64,000 bases of DNA from Nanobdellota archaeon. Its GTDB lineage: Archaea > Nanobdellota > Nanobdellia > Woesearchaeales > UBA10107. Below the pieces are notes generated by a model. It saw nothing but the letters and a program-made list of their open reading frames with translations, did no database searches and was not told the DNA's origin. The stretch spans positions 259,230 to 323,229 of the forward strand of contig JBHPFU010000001.1 in assembly GCA_042571125.1 (NCBI GenBank). Direction: 5' to 3'. Within the stretch, counting starts at the first letter, position 1; each line of letters begins with the position of its first letter. Of the stretch, positions 39,866 through 48,591 are shown one piece after another. A program made the translations under genes and the position numbers.

Positions 39866-40585
39866 ATGAGTGAACTAAAAGTAAAAGAAAAGGAAATTGT
39901 TGTTCCTGGTGAAGTTATCGCAGACGGAATGGGATACTTGCCAAGCTATGGAACATATAGAGAGGGCGACACAATAAAGGCCCAAAAATTAGGAATCGTT
40001 CATATCGAAGGAAAAGTAATAAAACTTATGCCTTTAACAGGACGGTACACACCTAAGAAATTTGATACAATAATCGGCAAAGTATTTGACATACTTATGT
40101 CAGGATGGAGACTTGAGACAAACTCAGCTTATTCGGCTGTGTTGCCTTTGAAGGACGCATCATCTGACTTTATCCCTCGGGATGCAATATTGTCAAAATA
40201 TTTTGAAATTGGAGAGTATCTTGTATGCAAGATAACAAATGTTACATCACAAAAACTTGTAGATGTTACAACAAAAGGTCCTGGCTTAAGAAAGCTTAGG
40301 GGCGGAAGAATCATTGAAGTAAATACGCACAAAGTACCAAGAATAATTGGTAAGCAAGGTTCAATGGTTACAATGATAAAAGAATACACAAAGTGCCAAA
40401 TTGTGGTTGGGCAAAACGGATTGGTTTGGATATCTGGAGAAGATCCAAAGATGGAACATCTAACAGAAGAAACAATCAAGAAAATAGAAAAAGAAGCCCA
40501 CACAGAAGGACTAACCGACAACATAAAGGCATTCTTGGAAAAACAAATAGGAAAGCCTAAAGCGGTTAAGGAGGCGAAGAAATGA
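39866..40585 (+). CDS. rrp4: Exosome RNA-binding subunit Rrp4
   Basis: VVPGE, S1 and KH domains (KVPRIIGKQGSM, VGQNGLVWI, EAHTEGLT). Confidence 0.95.
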   Translation: MSELKVKEKEIVVPGEVIADGMGYLPSYGTYREGDTIKAQKLGIVHIEGKVIKLMPLTGRYTPKKFDTIIGKVFDILMSGWRLETNSAYSAVLPLKDASSDFIPRDAILSKYFEIGEYLVCKITNVTSQKLVDVTTKGPGLRKLRGGRIIEVNTHKVPRIIGKQGSMVTMIKEYTKCQIVVGQNGLVWISGEDPKMEHLTEETIKKIEKEAHTEGLTDNIKAFLEKQIGKPKAVKEAKK

Positions 40586-41292
40586 GTTACGCAAAACGAT
40601 TAGACGGACGTAAACAAGACGAAACAAGACCAATCGAGGCAAAAGTGGGAGTAATCCCTAGAGCAGATGGATCTGCTATATTCAAGATTGGAAAAACAAT
40701 TGCATATGCTGCTGTGTACGGACCTAGAGAAATGTTTCCAAGGTTCCAGCAGAACCCAACAAAAGGAATTTTAAGATGCAATTATAATATGATGCCATTC
40801 TCAAGTCTTGGAGATAGAGTAAGACCTGGCGGAAACAGACGTTCAAAAGAGATTTCTTTTGTAATAGGAAACGCATTAGCACCGGTTGTAGATTTGAAAG
40901 CATTTCCTAATGCAGTTGTTGATGTTTTTGTTGAACTATCACAAACAGATGCAGGAACAAGATGTGCTGCAATCTGTGCAGCTTCAATGGCATTAGCAGA
41001 CGCAGGAATAGTCATGAAAGATATGGTGGCTTCAGTTGCTGTCGGTCGAGTAGATGATAAGATTGTCGCAGATCTTAGCTATGATGAAGAATCTCACGAA
41101 TCTGATAGGGGCGTTGCAGATATTCCTCTTGCAGTAATCCCTTCCACAGGAGAGATTAGCTTATTGCAGATGGATGGCAAGCTTTCTAAAGCTGAACTTG
41201 CAAAAGCATTAGAATTAGGAAAGAAAGTATGTGCTAAAATATATGAAGTACAGAAAAAGGCACTTAAGCAGAAATACGAGGTAAAAAAATGA
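40582..41292 (+). CDS. rrp41: Exosome catalytic subunit Rrp41
   Basis: RLDGR, ADGSA, VYGPRE, RRSKEIS, DAGTRCA, LADAG. Confidence 0.95.
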   Translation: MSYAKRLDGRKQDETRPIEAKVGVIPRADGSAIFKIGKTIAYAAVYGPREMFPRFQQNPTKGILRCNYNMMPFSSLGDRVRPGGNRRSKEISFVIGNALAPVVDLKAFPNAVVDVFVELSQTDAGTRCAAICAASMALADAGIVMKDMVASVAVGRVDDKIVADLSYDEESHESDRGVADIPLAVIPSTGEISLLQMDGKLSKAELAKALELGKKVCAKIYEVQKKALKQKYEVKK

Positions 41293-42050
41293 GCAAAGAA
41301 ATGATCGCTTCATTACTAGCAAAAGGAACAAGACTTGATGGAAGAAAGCCTGAAGACTTCAGAGAAGTCTCTGTTGAATATGGTGTCTCTACAGGTGCAG
41401 AAGGTTCTGCGCGTGTTAAGATCGGAGAGACAGAAGTACTTGCAGGTGTAAAGCTAGAACTTGGAACGCCATACTCTGATACGCCTGACCAAGGTGCATT
41501 GATGGTTGGAGCAGAATTCCTCCCAATGGCTTCTCCTGAATTTGAATTAGGACCTCCAAGGATTAACTCAATCGAACTGGCAAGAATCGTAGACAGAGGA
41601 ATAAGAGAGAGTCATACTGTTGACATGAAAAAACTATGCATAGAAAAAAATGAAAAAGTATGGATGGTTATTATCGATGTCTGTACAATCAATGACGCTG
41701 GAAATCTTATGGACGCAGCAGCATTAGCAGCTATTGCAGCTCTTAAGGATACTAAATTTCCAGAGATTGACGGAGACCATGTCGATTACAAGAAAAAGAC
41801 AACCAAAAAACTTCCTCTAAACGAAGCACCAGTTGCAATAACTGTTTTCAAAATAGGAAAGGATATTTTTGTAGATCCGACAGTTGAAGAAGGAAAAGAA
41901 TACGATGCAAGAGTAACTTCTGCCATAACAGAGGATGGAAATCTTTGTGCTATGCAAAAAGGCGGAGAAGCAACTCTTAGTGCAGACGAAATCGTAAAAA
42001 TGGTTGATCTAGCGATAAAGAAATCAAAAGAGCTAAGGGCAAAACTATAG
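41289..42050 (+). CDS. rrp42: Exosome subunit Rrp42
   Basis: [35 protein letters not shown]. Confidence 0.95.
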   Translation: MSKEMIASLLAKGTRLDGRKPEDFREVSVEYGVSTGAEGSARVKIGETEVLAGVKLELGTPYSDTPDQGALMVGAEFLPMASPEFELGPPRINSIELARIVDRGIRESHTVDMKKLCIEKNEKVWMVIIDVCTINDAGNLMDAAALAAIAALKDTKFPEIDGDHVDYKKKTTKKLPLNEAPVAITVFKIGKDIFVDPTVEEGKEYDARVTSAITEDGNLCAMQKGGEATLSADEIVKMVDLAIKKSKELRAKL

Positions 42051-42060
42051 GGTGAGCAAT

Positions 42061-42264
42061 ATGACTGATAACTATACCAAATACGAAAAAGCAAGAATGA
42101 TCGGCTCAAGATCTCTTCAGATTTCAATGGGAGCTCCTTTTTTGATCAAACTAAGCAAGAAGGATTTAGAAGAGTTAAAATTTAATCCTTTAGAGATCGC
42201 TAAGAAAGAGTTTGAGAAAGGAGTACTGCCGATAACAGTTAAAAGGCCCTTGCCTGGCGAATAG
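42061..42264 (+). CDS. rpoK: RNA polymerase subunit Rpo6 (K)
   Basis: [36 protein letters not shown]. Confidence 0.95.
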   Translation: MTDNYTKYEKARMIGSRSLQISMGAPFLIKLSKKDLEELKFNPLEIAKKEFEKGVLPITVKRPLPGE

Positions 42265-42300
42265 ATAGATTTAAATATTCTTTTTTCTTTTTTTAATATT

Positions 42301-42513
42301 ATGAAGATAAATAAAAGACTAGAGGTTTTCTTGGAGTTTCTTATTTTTGGGCTTATATTTGGAATTGCAGAAGATCTTATTGCTGTTAAATTCGCAACAG
42401 GCGAAGCCATAACTTGGAATATAATTGGGATTGTTTTCTTGGTTGCATTACCATTTGCGATTATTGGAGAGTTAGTTGTAGACAGAACAAACTGGCTTGG
42501 AATTAAGAAGTAA
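42301..42513 (+). CDS. Small membrane protein
   Basis: Two TM segments, GIAEDLIA and PFAIIGELVVD. Confidence 0.7.
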   Translation: MKINKRLEVFLEFLIFGLIFGIAEDLIAVKFATGEAITWNIIGIVFLVALPFAIIGELVVDRTNWLGIKK

Positions 42514-42518
42514 TAATT

Positions 42519-42989
42519 CTAGATTAAACCTGCAGCCCAGTCACCAACAAAGTGAGTTACGATGACTACGAAGATAGTTATTAGAACATGTTCGAGAACA
42601 ACCATGTAAGGTTTTACATTTTCTTTTGTTGCTATGTAATAGCTGAAGCCAGATATTAGCAATAGGCCCCAGATAATACTTATTACTATTGCAGTTGTTA
42701 AAGGAAATAGCAGAATAGGAACTAAAAATGTCAGAGCAAAAAAGAATTTAGAGAATAGTGTAGCAATTGTTGATCTCCAGACCTCTTTTTCAGACTTTTT
42801 TGAAGCCTCTTCTGAGATGTGCATTCCCATAGCATCTGACATTGCATCAGCAACAGCAATCACCAGAATTCCTCCAAGAATTACTAATTTTGAATGAGTG
42901 CTGGAATGCAATCCAACAATCAAACCAAGTGTTGTGATTATTCCAGAAGTTAGGCCAAAACTAAAACCTCTTCTTACTGATCCGTCCAT
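42519..42989 (-). CDS. VIT1/CCC1-like membrane transporter
   Basis: FGLTSGIITTLGLIVG, AVADAMSDAMGMHISEE. Confidence 0.75.
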   Translation of the reverse strand: MDGSVRRGFSFGLTSGIITTLGLIVGLHSSTHSKLVILGGILVIAVADAMSDAMGMHISEEASKKSEKEVWRSTIATLFSKFFFALTFLVPILLFPLTTAIVISIIWGLLLISGFSYYIATKENVKPYMVVLEHVLITIFVVIVTHFVGDWAAGLI

Positions 42990-43073
42990 ATATTAATATT
43001 TAATCTATAATATTTATAAATCTTCTGGGTAAAACAACAAGTTTTATTAATATCTTAAAGCAAAGCACATATT

Positions 43074-44522
43074 ATGGAAATGCCGCCCATAGGAAAATTT
43101 GGAAAACTTAAACCAATGGTTACAAGGAAATATGTCCCTCTAATCGGAGATTTTTTTATGGGGAGTTATGCTGATATTGAAAATTATCAAAAGCTTTTCT
43201 TTGTGGATTATTATACAAGATGCGGATATCTCGGTGGAAAATTTTATTATGGTGATGAAGCCCAAAAATTTGGAGAGGTTATTCTTGTTGAAGAAGAGAA
43301 AGAAGAAGGATTTATCAATAAAGTATTTTCTACGATATACGCTTTTGGAGAAAAACTTCTCACTCTCTCAGAAGAGATTAGAGAGACCGACTACTCAAAT
43401 AAATCTATGGAAGAATTATTAAATAATTTCAAAGAATTTTCAAATATGTACAAAACATTCGCAATATCCTTGATGGGATTTAACATACAATTTCCTGTTG
43501 AGGAAAAACTTAAAAAAATATTAGAATGCAGTAAAAATCCAGATGAATACCTAAGCATTTTATCATCCCCAAGAAAAGATAATTTTGCTGCTCTGGAACA
43601 AGCAAATTTATTGAAAATATGCATACCGGTAAAACAACACGATATAAAAAAGTTTGAAGATTTACCGTCTGAAATTTTAGAAAGAATAAAAAAACATATA
43701 TACGAATTTGGATGGATAAACGCCAGAGGAGGACAAGCAGAGTCTTGGAGCGAAAAGGAACTATTTGAAAGAATGACTCATATTGAAGACGATCCTGCAC
43801 AAAAACTTGTTGAATCTGAAAACCATAAAATCGAATCACAAGAAAAAACAGAATTAATCCTTAAAGAATTGAAAGCAGACAAGGAAACAATCAAATTAGT
43901 GGATATTGCAAAAGAATTAGTCTACTTTAGAACGTATAGAACTGATTACCTGAATAAAATTTTCTTTAATATAACGCCCATTTTAGAAGCAATAGCAAAA
44001 AAAAGAGGACTAACATACCAAGATATGCTGCATCTAAGAATAGATGAAATAGAAGATGATAAAAAAATTGAAAAAGACGAAATTGAAAGAAGAATAAATG
44101 ATTACGCTTTAATCACCTTAGAACCAAACAAGCTAATTTTTTCTTCGGACCCAGAAGAAATAAAAAAATTGAAAGATTATTGCTGCGAAGAGTTTGTTAT
44201 CTCTTCTGAGATCACAGGAAGAACCGCATTTCCAGGAAAAGTAAAAGGCAGGGCAAAGATAGTTATTGATAAATCAGATTTAGGCAAAGTAGAAAAAGGA
44301 GATATTATGATTTCACCAATGACTACGCCTGATTTTGTTCTTGCAATGGAAAAAGCAGCGGCATTTGTTACAGATGAAGGAGGTATAACTTGTCATGCGG
44401 CAATTGTTGCCCGTGAAATGAAAAAACCATGCATAATAGGAACAAAAACCGCTACACAGGCATTGAAAGATGGAGATTTGATAGAACTAGATGCTGATAA
44501 AGGAGTTGTTAAGAAAATATGA
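43074..44522 (+). CDS. Protein with C-terminal PEP-utilising phosphohistidine (swivel) domain
   Basis: GKVKGRA, MTTPD, VTDEGGITCHAAIVAREMKKPCIIG; helical N-terminus with no ATP-grasp. Confidence 0.85.
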   Translation: MEMPPIGKFGKLKPMVTRKYVPLIGDFFMGSYADIENYQKLFFVDYYTRCGYLGGKFYYGDEAQKFGEVILVEEEKEEGFINKVFSTIYAFGEKLLTLSEEIRETDYSNKSMEELLNNFKEFSNMYKTFAISLMGFNIQFPVEEKLKKILECSKNPDEYLSILSSPRKDNFAALEQANLLKICIPVKQHDIKKFEDLPSEILERIKKHIYEFGWINARGGQAESWSEKELFERMTHIEDDPAQKLVESENHKIESQEKTELILKELKADKETIKLVDIAKELVYFRTYRTDYLNKIFFNITPILEAIAKKRGLTYQDMLHLRIDEIEDDKKIEKDEIERRINDYALITLEPNKLIFSSDPEEIKKLKDYCCEEFVISSEITGRTAFPGKVKGRAKIVIDKSDLGKVEKGDIMISPMTTPDFVLAMEKAAAFVTDEGGITCHAAIVAREMKKPCIIGTKTATQALKDGDLIELDADKGVVKKI

Positions 44523-44803
44523 GAGAGATAACAGACGAGAAACTAGAGAAGTATTTCAATATAACAAAAGAAGCTTTGGATAAAGCAAAGGCTGCAGAAA
44601 AAACAGATAAGAGAGCAGATGATGTTCTTGATATGGCAGAACGATATTATAATGATGCAAAACATTTCAAAGAACAAGGCAATATTGTGAATGCTTTTGC
44701 AGCATTAAACTATGCTCATGGATGGCTTGATTCAGGAGCCAGAGCAGGATTCTACAAGGTCAATGATTCTAGATTATTTACAGTAGATGACGTCTCTAAT
44801 TAA
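44519..44803 (+). CDS. DUF357 family protein
   Basis: MAERYYNDAKHF...AFAALNYAHGWLDSGAR. Confidence 0.9.
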   Translation: MREITDEKLEKYFNITKEALDKAKAAEKTDKRADDVLDMAERYYNDAKHFKEQGNIVNAFAALNYAHGWLDSGARAGFYKVNDSRLFTVDDVSN

Positions 44804-44843
44804 TAACGAAACCTTTATATAAACCTTATAAATACATTTTACC

Positions 44844-46658
44844 ATGGCTAAACAAGAAAAAAAGGCAAAAGAAGAAGAAATGCCTGATGAACTGAAAGAC
44901 CTTCCGCCAGAGGTCCAAAAAAAGCTTAAAGCAATTAAAGAGAAAGTAGAGAAGTTCAAGAAAAAAGTTCTAACTAAATTTGAGAAATATGTTCTAGGTA
45001 TTGCATTGCTTCCTCCGGAAAAACCAAAAGAAGGAGAAAAGCCAAGCGAAAATATCAATACATTAATTCTTGTTGATGATTCTGACTCAAAAGAGATGGG
45101 CAAAGAAGAGTTAGCAGATAAGCTTCATAAAATAATAGAGGAAATGGCTAAAGAAGTCGATAAAAACATTAAGGTTGAGACAGTTATCCTATCTGAACTT
45201 TGGCAGGACTGTTCTGACGGAAAATACGATTTACTGCAAATGATTGCAATAAGCGCTCCTGTTTATGACAAAGGAATGCTTGCAGCAATAAAAATATCAG
45301 AAGTCCACAAACAGATGGTTCTAAAGAAATTCGAAAAATATATTGTGAGCTATGTTTTAGCAGGTTCATTTGTTCAGGGAAAACCAAATCCGCATGATAT
45401 TGATGTTTACATTGTTATTGATGATACAGATGTCAAAAGAATGACAAGAACAGAACTAAAAGATAAGTTAAGAGCGATAATCATTGGAATGGCAATCGAA
45501 GCAGGACAGATCACAGGGATTGAAGGAAAACTTCACGTCCAGGTTTACATACTAACGGATTTCTGGGATTCACTAAAAGAAGCAAATCCGGTTATACTTA
45601 CTTTCCTGCGGGACGGTGTTCCGTTCTATGATCGAGGAGTTTTCACAGCATGGAAACAATTATTGAAGATGGGAAAGATCAAACCCTCTCCAGAAGCTAT
45701 TGAGATGTACATGAGTTCAGGAGAGCAGGTTATTGAGAGAGTTAGATTCAAATTAAATGACATAGGTATGGAAGATATTTTTTATGCAATCCTAACTCCG
45801 TCTCAAGCAGCTCTGATGTTATATGGCGTATCTCCGCCAACACCAAGAGAGACCGCATCCCAGATGAGAGAATTATTTGTTAAGAAAGAAAAGATCCTTG
45901 AAGAAGAATATGTAAAGATTTTTGAGAAGGTATTCAAATTAAGAAAAGAGATGGAATATGAAAAGAAAAAACAATTCACAGGAAAAGAGATTGACGATCT
46001 TCTTAAAGATGCTCAAAAATATCTTGGAAGATTAAAGAAACTTTACGAGCAGATTGATACTATGAAAGAAAATGAGAACATGCTTAATATTTATGAAAGC
46101 TCTATCACAGTGATAAGGGATGTTCTGAGATCAGAAGATGTTGAACGTACTAAAGATGTTGAAGCAATCGCAATGTTCAAGACAGAGCTTGTCAATACGG
46201 GAAAGATTCCAGAGAGGTACTTAAGAATATTAAATAATATTGTAAAAGGAAAGAAAGATTACGATCTAAATAAATTAACAAGACCAGAAATAGAAAAAGT
46301 AAGAAAAGATTCAAGAGAATTTTTTAAGTTTTTGATTGAGTATATCCAAAGAAAACGTGGGCAAGAATTAGAAAGAACAAAAATAAGAATAAAACACGGC
46401 GATAAATACGGAGAAGTGACTTTGCTTGGAGAAGAAGCATTCATTATATATGATATTGATGCTCAGGAAAAAGAAGTTACAAAAGCGAAAATAAAACCGA
46501 ACGGCTCACTTGGTTCTGTGACACGCTCTTCATTAGAAGAATTTGAAGAAGCATTATCAAAAGTAGAAATTCCTAAGAAAGCTTTCATCAAAGAAGCAAT
46601 CTTTGGAGACTTAACCAAAATATTCGGCGAGAATATGGAAGTTCTAATTAATTACTAG
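44844..46658 (+). CDS. Tandem nucleotidyltransferase-domain + HEPN-like protein
   Basis: Degenerate first NTase domain; second with LAGSF..G...HDIDV; HEPN-like FYAILTPSQAALMLYG..P...LRKEMEY. Confidence 0.7.
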   Translation: MAKQEKKAKEEEMPDELKDLPPEVQKKLKAIKEKVEKFKKKVLTKFEKYVLGIALLPPEKPKEGEKPSENINTLILVDDSDSKEMGKEELADKLHKIIEEMAKEVDKNIKVETVILSELWQDCSDGKYDLLQMIAISAPVYDKGMLAAIKISEVHKQMVLKKFEKYIVSYVLAGSFVQGKPNPHDIDVYIVIDDTDVKRMTRTELKDKLRAIIIGMAIEAGQITGIEGKLHVQVYILTDFWDSLKEANPVILTFLRDGVPFYDRGVFTAWKQLLKMGKIKPSPEAIEMYMSSGEQVIERVRFKLNDIGMEDIFYAILTPSQAALMLYGVSPPTPRETASQMRELFVKKEKILEEEYVKIFEKVFKLRKEMEYEKKKQFTGKEIDDLLKDAQKYLGRLKKLYEQIDTMKENENMLNIYESSITVIRDVLRSEDVERTKDVEAIAMFKTELVNTGKIPERYLRILNNIVKGKKDYDLNKLTRPEIEKVRKDSREFFKFLIEYIQRKRGQELERTKIRIKHGDKYGEVTLLGEEAFIIYDIDAQEKEVTKAKIKPNGSLGSVTRSSLEEFEEALSKVEIPKKAFIKEAIFGDLTKIFGENMEVLINY

Positions 46659-47013
46659 GCTCAGTGCCCATATAAAAATCTCCACTGCTAAAAAGATGAA
46701 TACCTAATTTTTTTGTAAGTTCATAGAAATCATGTTTTGGGAATTTTTTCATTGGATCATCGGTTCCAACAATAATCGAAGTTGGAAGACCAGAATTAGT
46801 TTTGTTTCCTACCAAAACTTCATAACCTCTTTTTGATAATTGTTGTTTTAGGATTTCTGCTGCTTTAGGAATATCTTTTGTTATTCCATGTCTTTCCCTT
46901 ACTTCTTCAATCATAATAAGTTCTCCTAAGTCAGTGTCTGTTTCTTGAGAAGCAAGAAGATTATTCGTTATTGCTTCCCAATTGATATTAAACTGTTGGT
47001 ATAGTTTTGTCAT
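46648..47013 (-). CDS. Hypothetical protein
   Basis: 121-aa ORF with upstream TATA. Confidence 0.5.
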   Translation of the reverse strand: MTKLYQQFNINWEAITNNLLASQETDTDLGELIMIEEVRERHGITKDIPKAAEILKQQLSKRGYEVLVGNKTNSGLPTSIIVGTDDPMKKFPKHDFYELTKKLGIHLFSSGDFYMGTEPSN

Positions 47014-47126
47014 TTTTATTTTATCTTGCCTGTCAAATTTATAAATTTTTTCATTTTAAAGTAATTACAATCTTATCTTCAAACATTCTCAAAACCTTTA
47101 TAAATATCACTCTATATTGTTAATAT

Positions 47127-47672
47127 ATGGCTGAAGATATGGATTTTAAGGCTACAAGACATAGTGCGAGGATTAGATTCGAAGGACTGGCAGATATGGA
47201 AGGCCTTTTTCAGATGATCCGTGAATGGCTCCACTATAGAAGATTTGAGGTTCATGAACCAGCTCATAAAAGGAAACCAATGCCTCGCGGTTTTGAGCAT
47301 GAAACTACATTCTATGGAGAAAGAAAAGAATCAGACTATGTTATGTTTATAATTAATGTATATGTGCACTCTCATTTCACAGAAGATGTAGAGATAATAG
47401 AAAACGGAGTAAAGAAAAAGATACAAAAATCAGGATCTATGGTTATCGAAATCTGGCCTACTCTAAGATTAGACTGGCAAAACAGATGGGAAACATCAGA
47501 ATTCAAAAAGAAACTTAGAAAGTTCTTTCATGACGTGATAATCAAAACATACATCGAGATTATTTGGTGGGACAGATTGTACTATATTACATACAAATTG
47601 CATACAAAAATCAAAGAATTTTTAAATATGCAGAGCCATTATAACGCATATGAGAATATGTGGCAGACCTAG
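47127..47672 (+). CDS. Hypothetical protein, paralog of downstream gene
   Basis: Shares FEGL/YEGI, DY..[FY].I.V, DW/DI...RWE and LH..[IV]K.FLN with 47682. Confidence 0.75.
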   Translation: MAEDMDFKATRHSARIRFEGLADMEGLFQMIREWLHYRRFEVHEPAHKRKPMPRGFEHETTFYGERKESDYVMFIINVYVHSHFTEDVEIIENGVKKKIQKSGSMVIEIWPTLRLDWQNRWETSEFKKKLRKFFHDVIIKTYIEIIWWDRLYYITYKLHTKIKEFLNMQSHYNAYENMWQT

Positions 47673-47681
47673 GTGACCAAA

Positions 47682-48182
47682 ATGCCTGAAAGAAAAATTG
47701 TTGTTGACGAACTGCATCTGGATTACGAAGGTATATTCGATGCAACACAATTGCTTAATGTAATTGAGGATTTCTTTAGAACTCGCGGTTTTGACAAGAG
47801 AGAACTTAGCAATGTTGAGAGTGTAAGACCTTCTGGAAAACATATTGAACTTGTTCTTATGCCTTGGAAAACAGTAACAGACTATGCAAGATATGAGATT
47901 AAAGTAAAAATTGACATGGACAATCTTAAAGAAGTTGATGTTAAGAAGGACGGAGCTAAGCTTAAACTTAACCAGGGCAAAATAAAGTTTGTATTTGATT
48001 CATACTTACTTACAGATATCGAGGGCAGATGGGAAGCAAAACCAATATTCTTCTTCATAAGAACATTTGTTGATAAGTTCTTCTTTAGGTTCTATACTAG
48101 CAAATGGGAAGAACAACTTATCCAGTATACAAAAGAGCTTCATGGAGAAGTCAAATCATTCTTGAATTTAAACAGATATTAG
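47682..48182 (+). CDS. Hypothetical protein, paralog of upstream gene
   Basis: AGGTGA RBS; same motifs as above. Confidence 0.75.
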   Translation: MPERKIVVDELHLDYEGIFDATQLLNVIEDFFRTRGFDKRELSNVESVRPSGKHIELVLMPWKTVTDYARYEIKVKIDMDNLKEVDVKKDGAKLKLNQGKIKFVFDSYLLTDIEGRWEAKPIFFFIRTFVDKFFFRFYTSKWEEQLIQYTKELHGEVKSFLNLNRY

Positions 48183-48227
48183 CAAAACTTTTAAAAACAA
48201 ACTAGCTTAGTTCTAGATATCCTTTAT

Positions 48228-48349
48228 GCGGGGGTAGCAAAGTCTGGTCAAATGCGCAGGACTTAAGATGGGACAGCACAACACCGGTTGTGTATAAGAT
48301 ATCCTGTCCCTTAGTGGGTTCGTGGGTTCGAATCCCATCCCCCGCACCA
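48228..48349 (+). tRNA. tRNA-Leu(TAA) with 33-nt intron (48268-48300), encoded CCA
   Basis: GCGGGGG/CCCCCGC-ACCA, anticodon stem CAGGA/TCCTG, long variable arm; BHB helix CTTA/TAAG. Confidence 0.93.
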
Positions 48350-48358
48350 TTCTATTTT

Positions 48359-48430
48359 GCCCCATTGGCTTAGTGGTAGAGCACTGCCTTGGTAAGGCAG
48401 AGACCCCGAGTTCGATCCTCGGATGGGGCT
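48359..48430 (+). tRNA. tRNA-Thr(GGT)
   Basis: GCCCCAT/ATGGGGC, CTGCC-TTGGTAA-GGCAG, CCGAG-TTCGATC-CTCGG. Confidence 0.95.
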
Positions 48431-48591
48431 GTTTTTACTACTGACATATAACAAAAAGAGAAAAGTTTATATACTCCTATAGGGTATAGAGAATACTGAG
48501 AAGGGGTTGGTAATAGACGAAATAAAGGCTTAAATAGGCTGATTTGAGCTCTATTTGGCTAATAAACAGCAAATATAGGTGCAATAATAAA

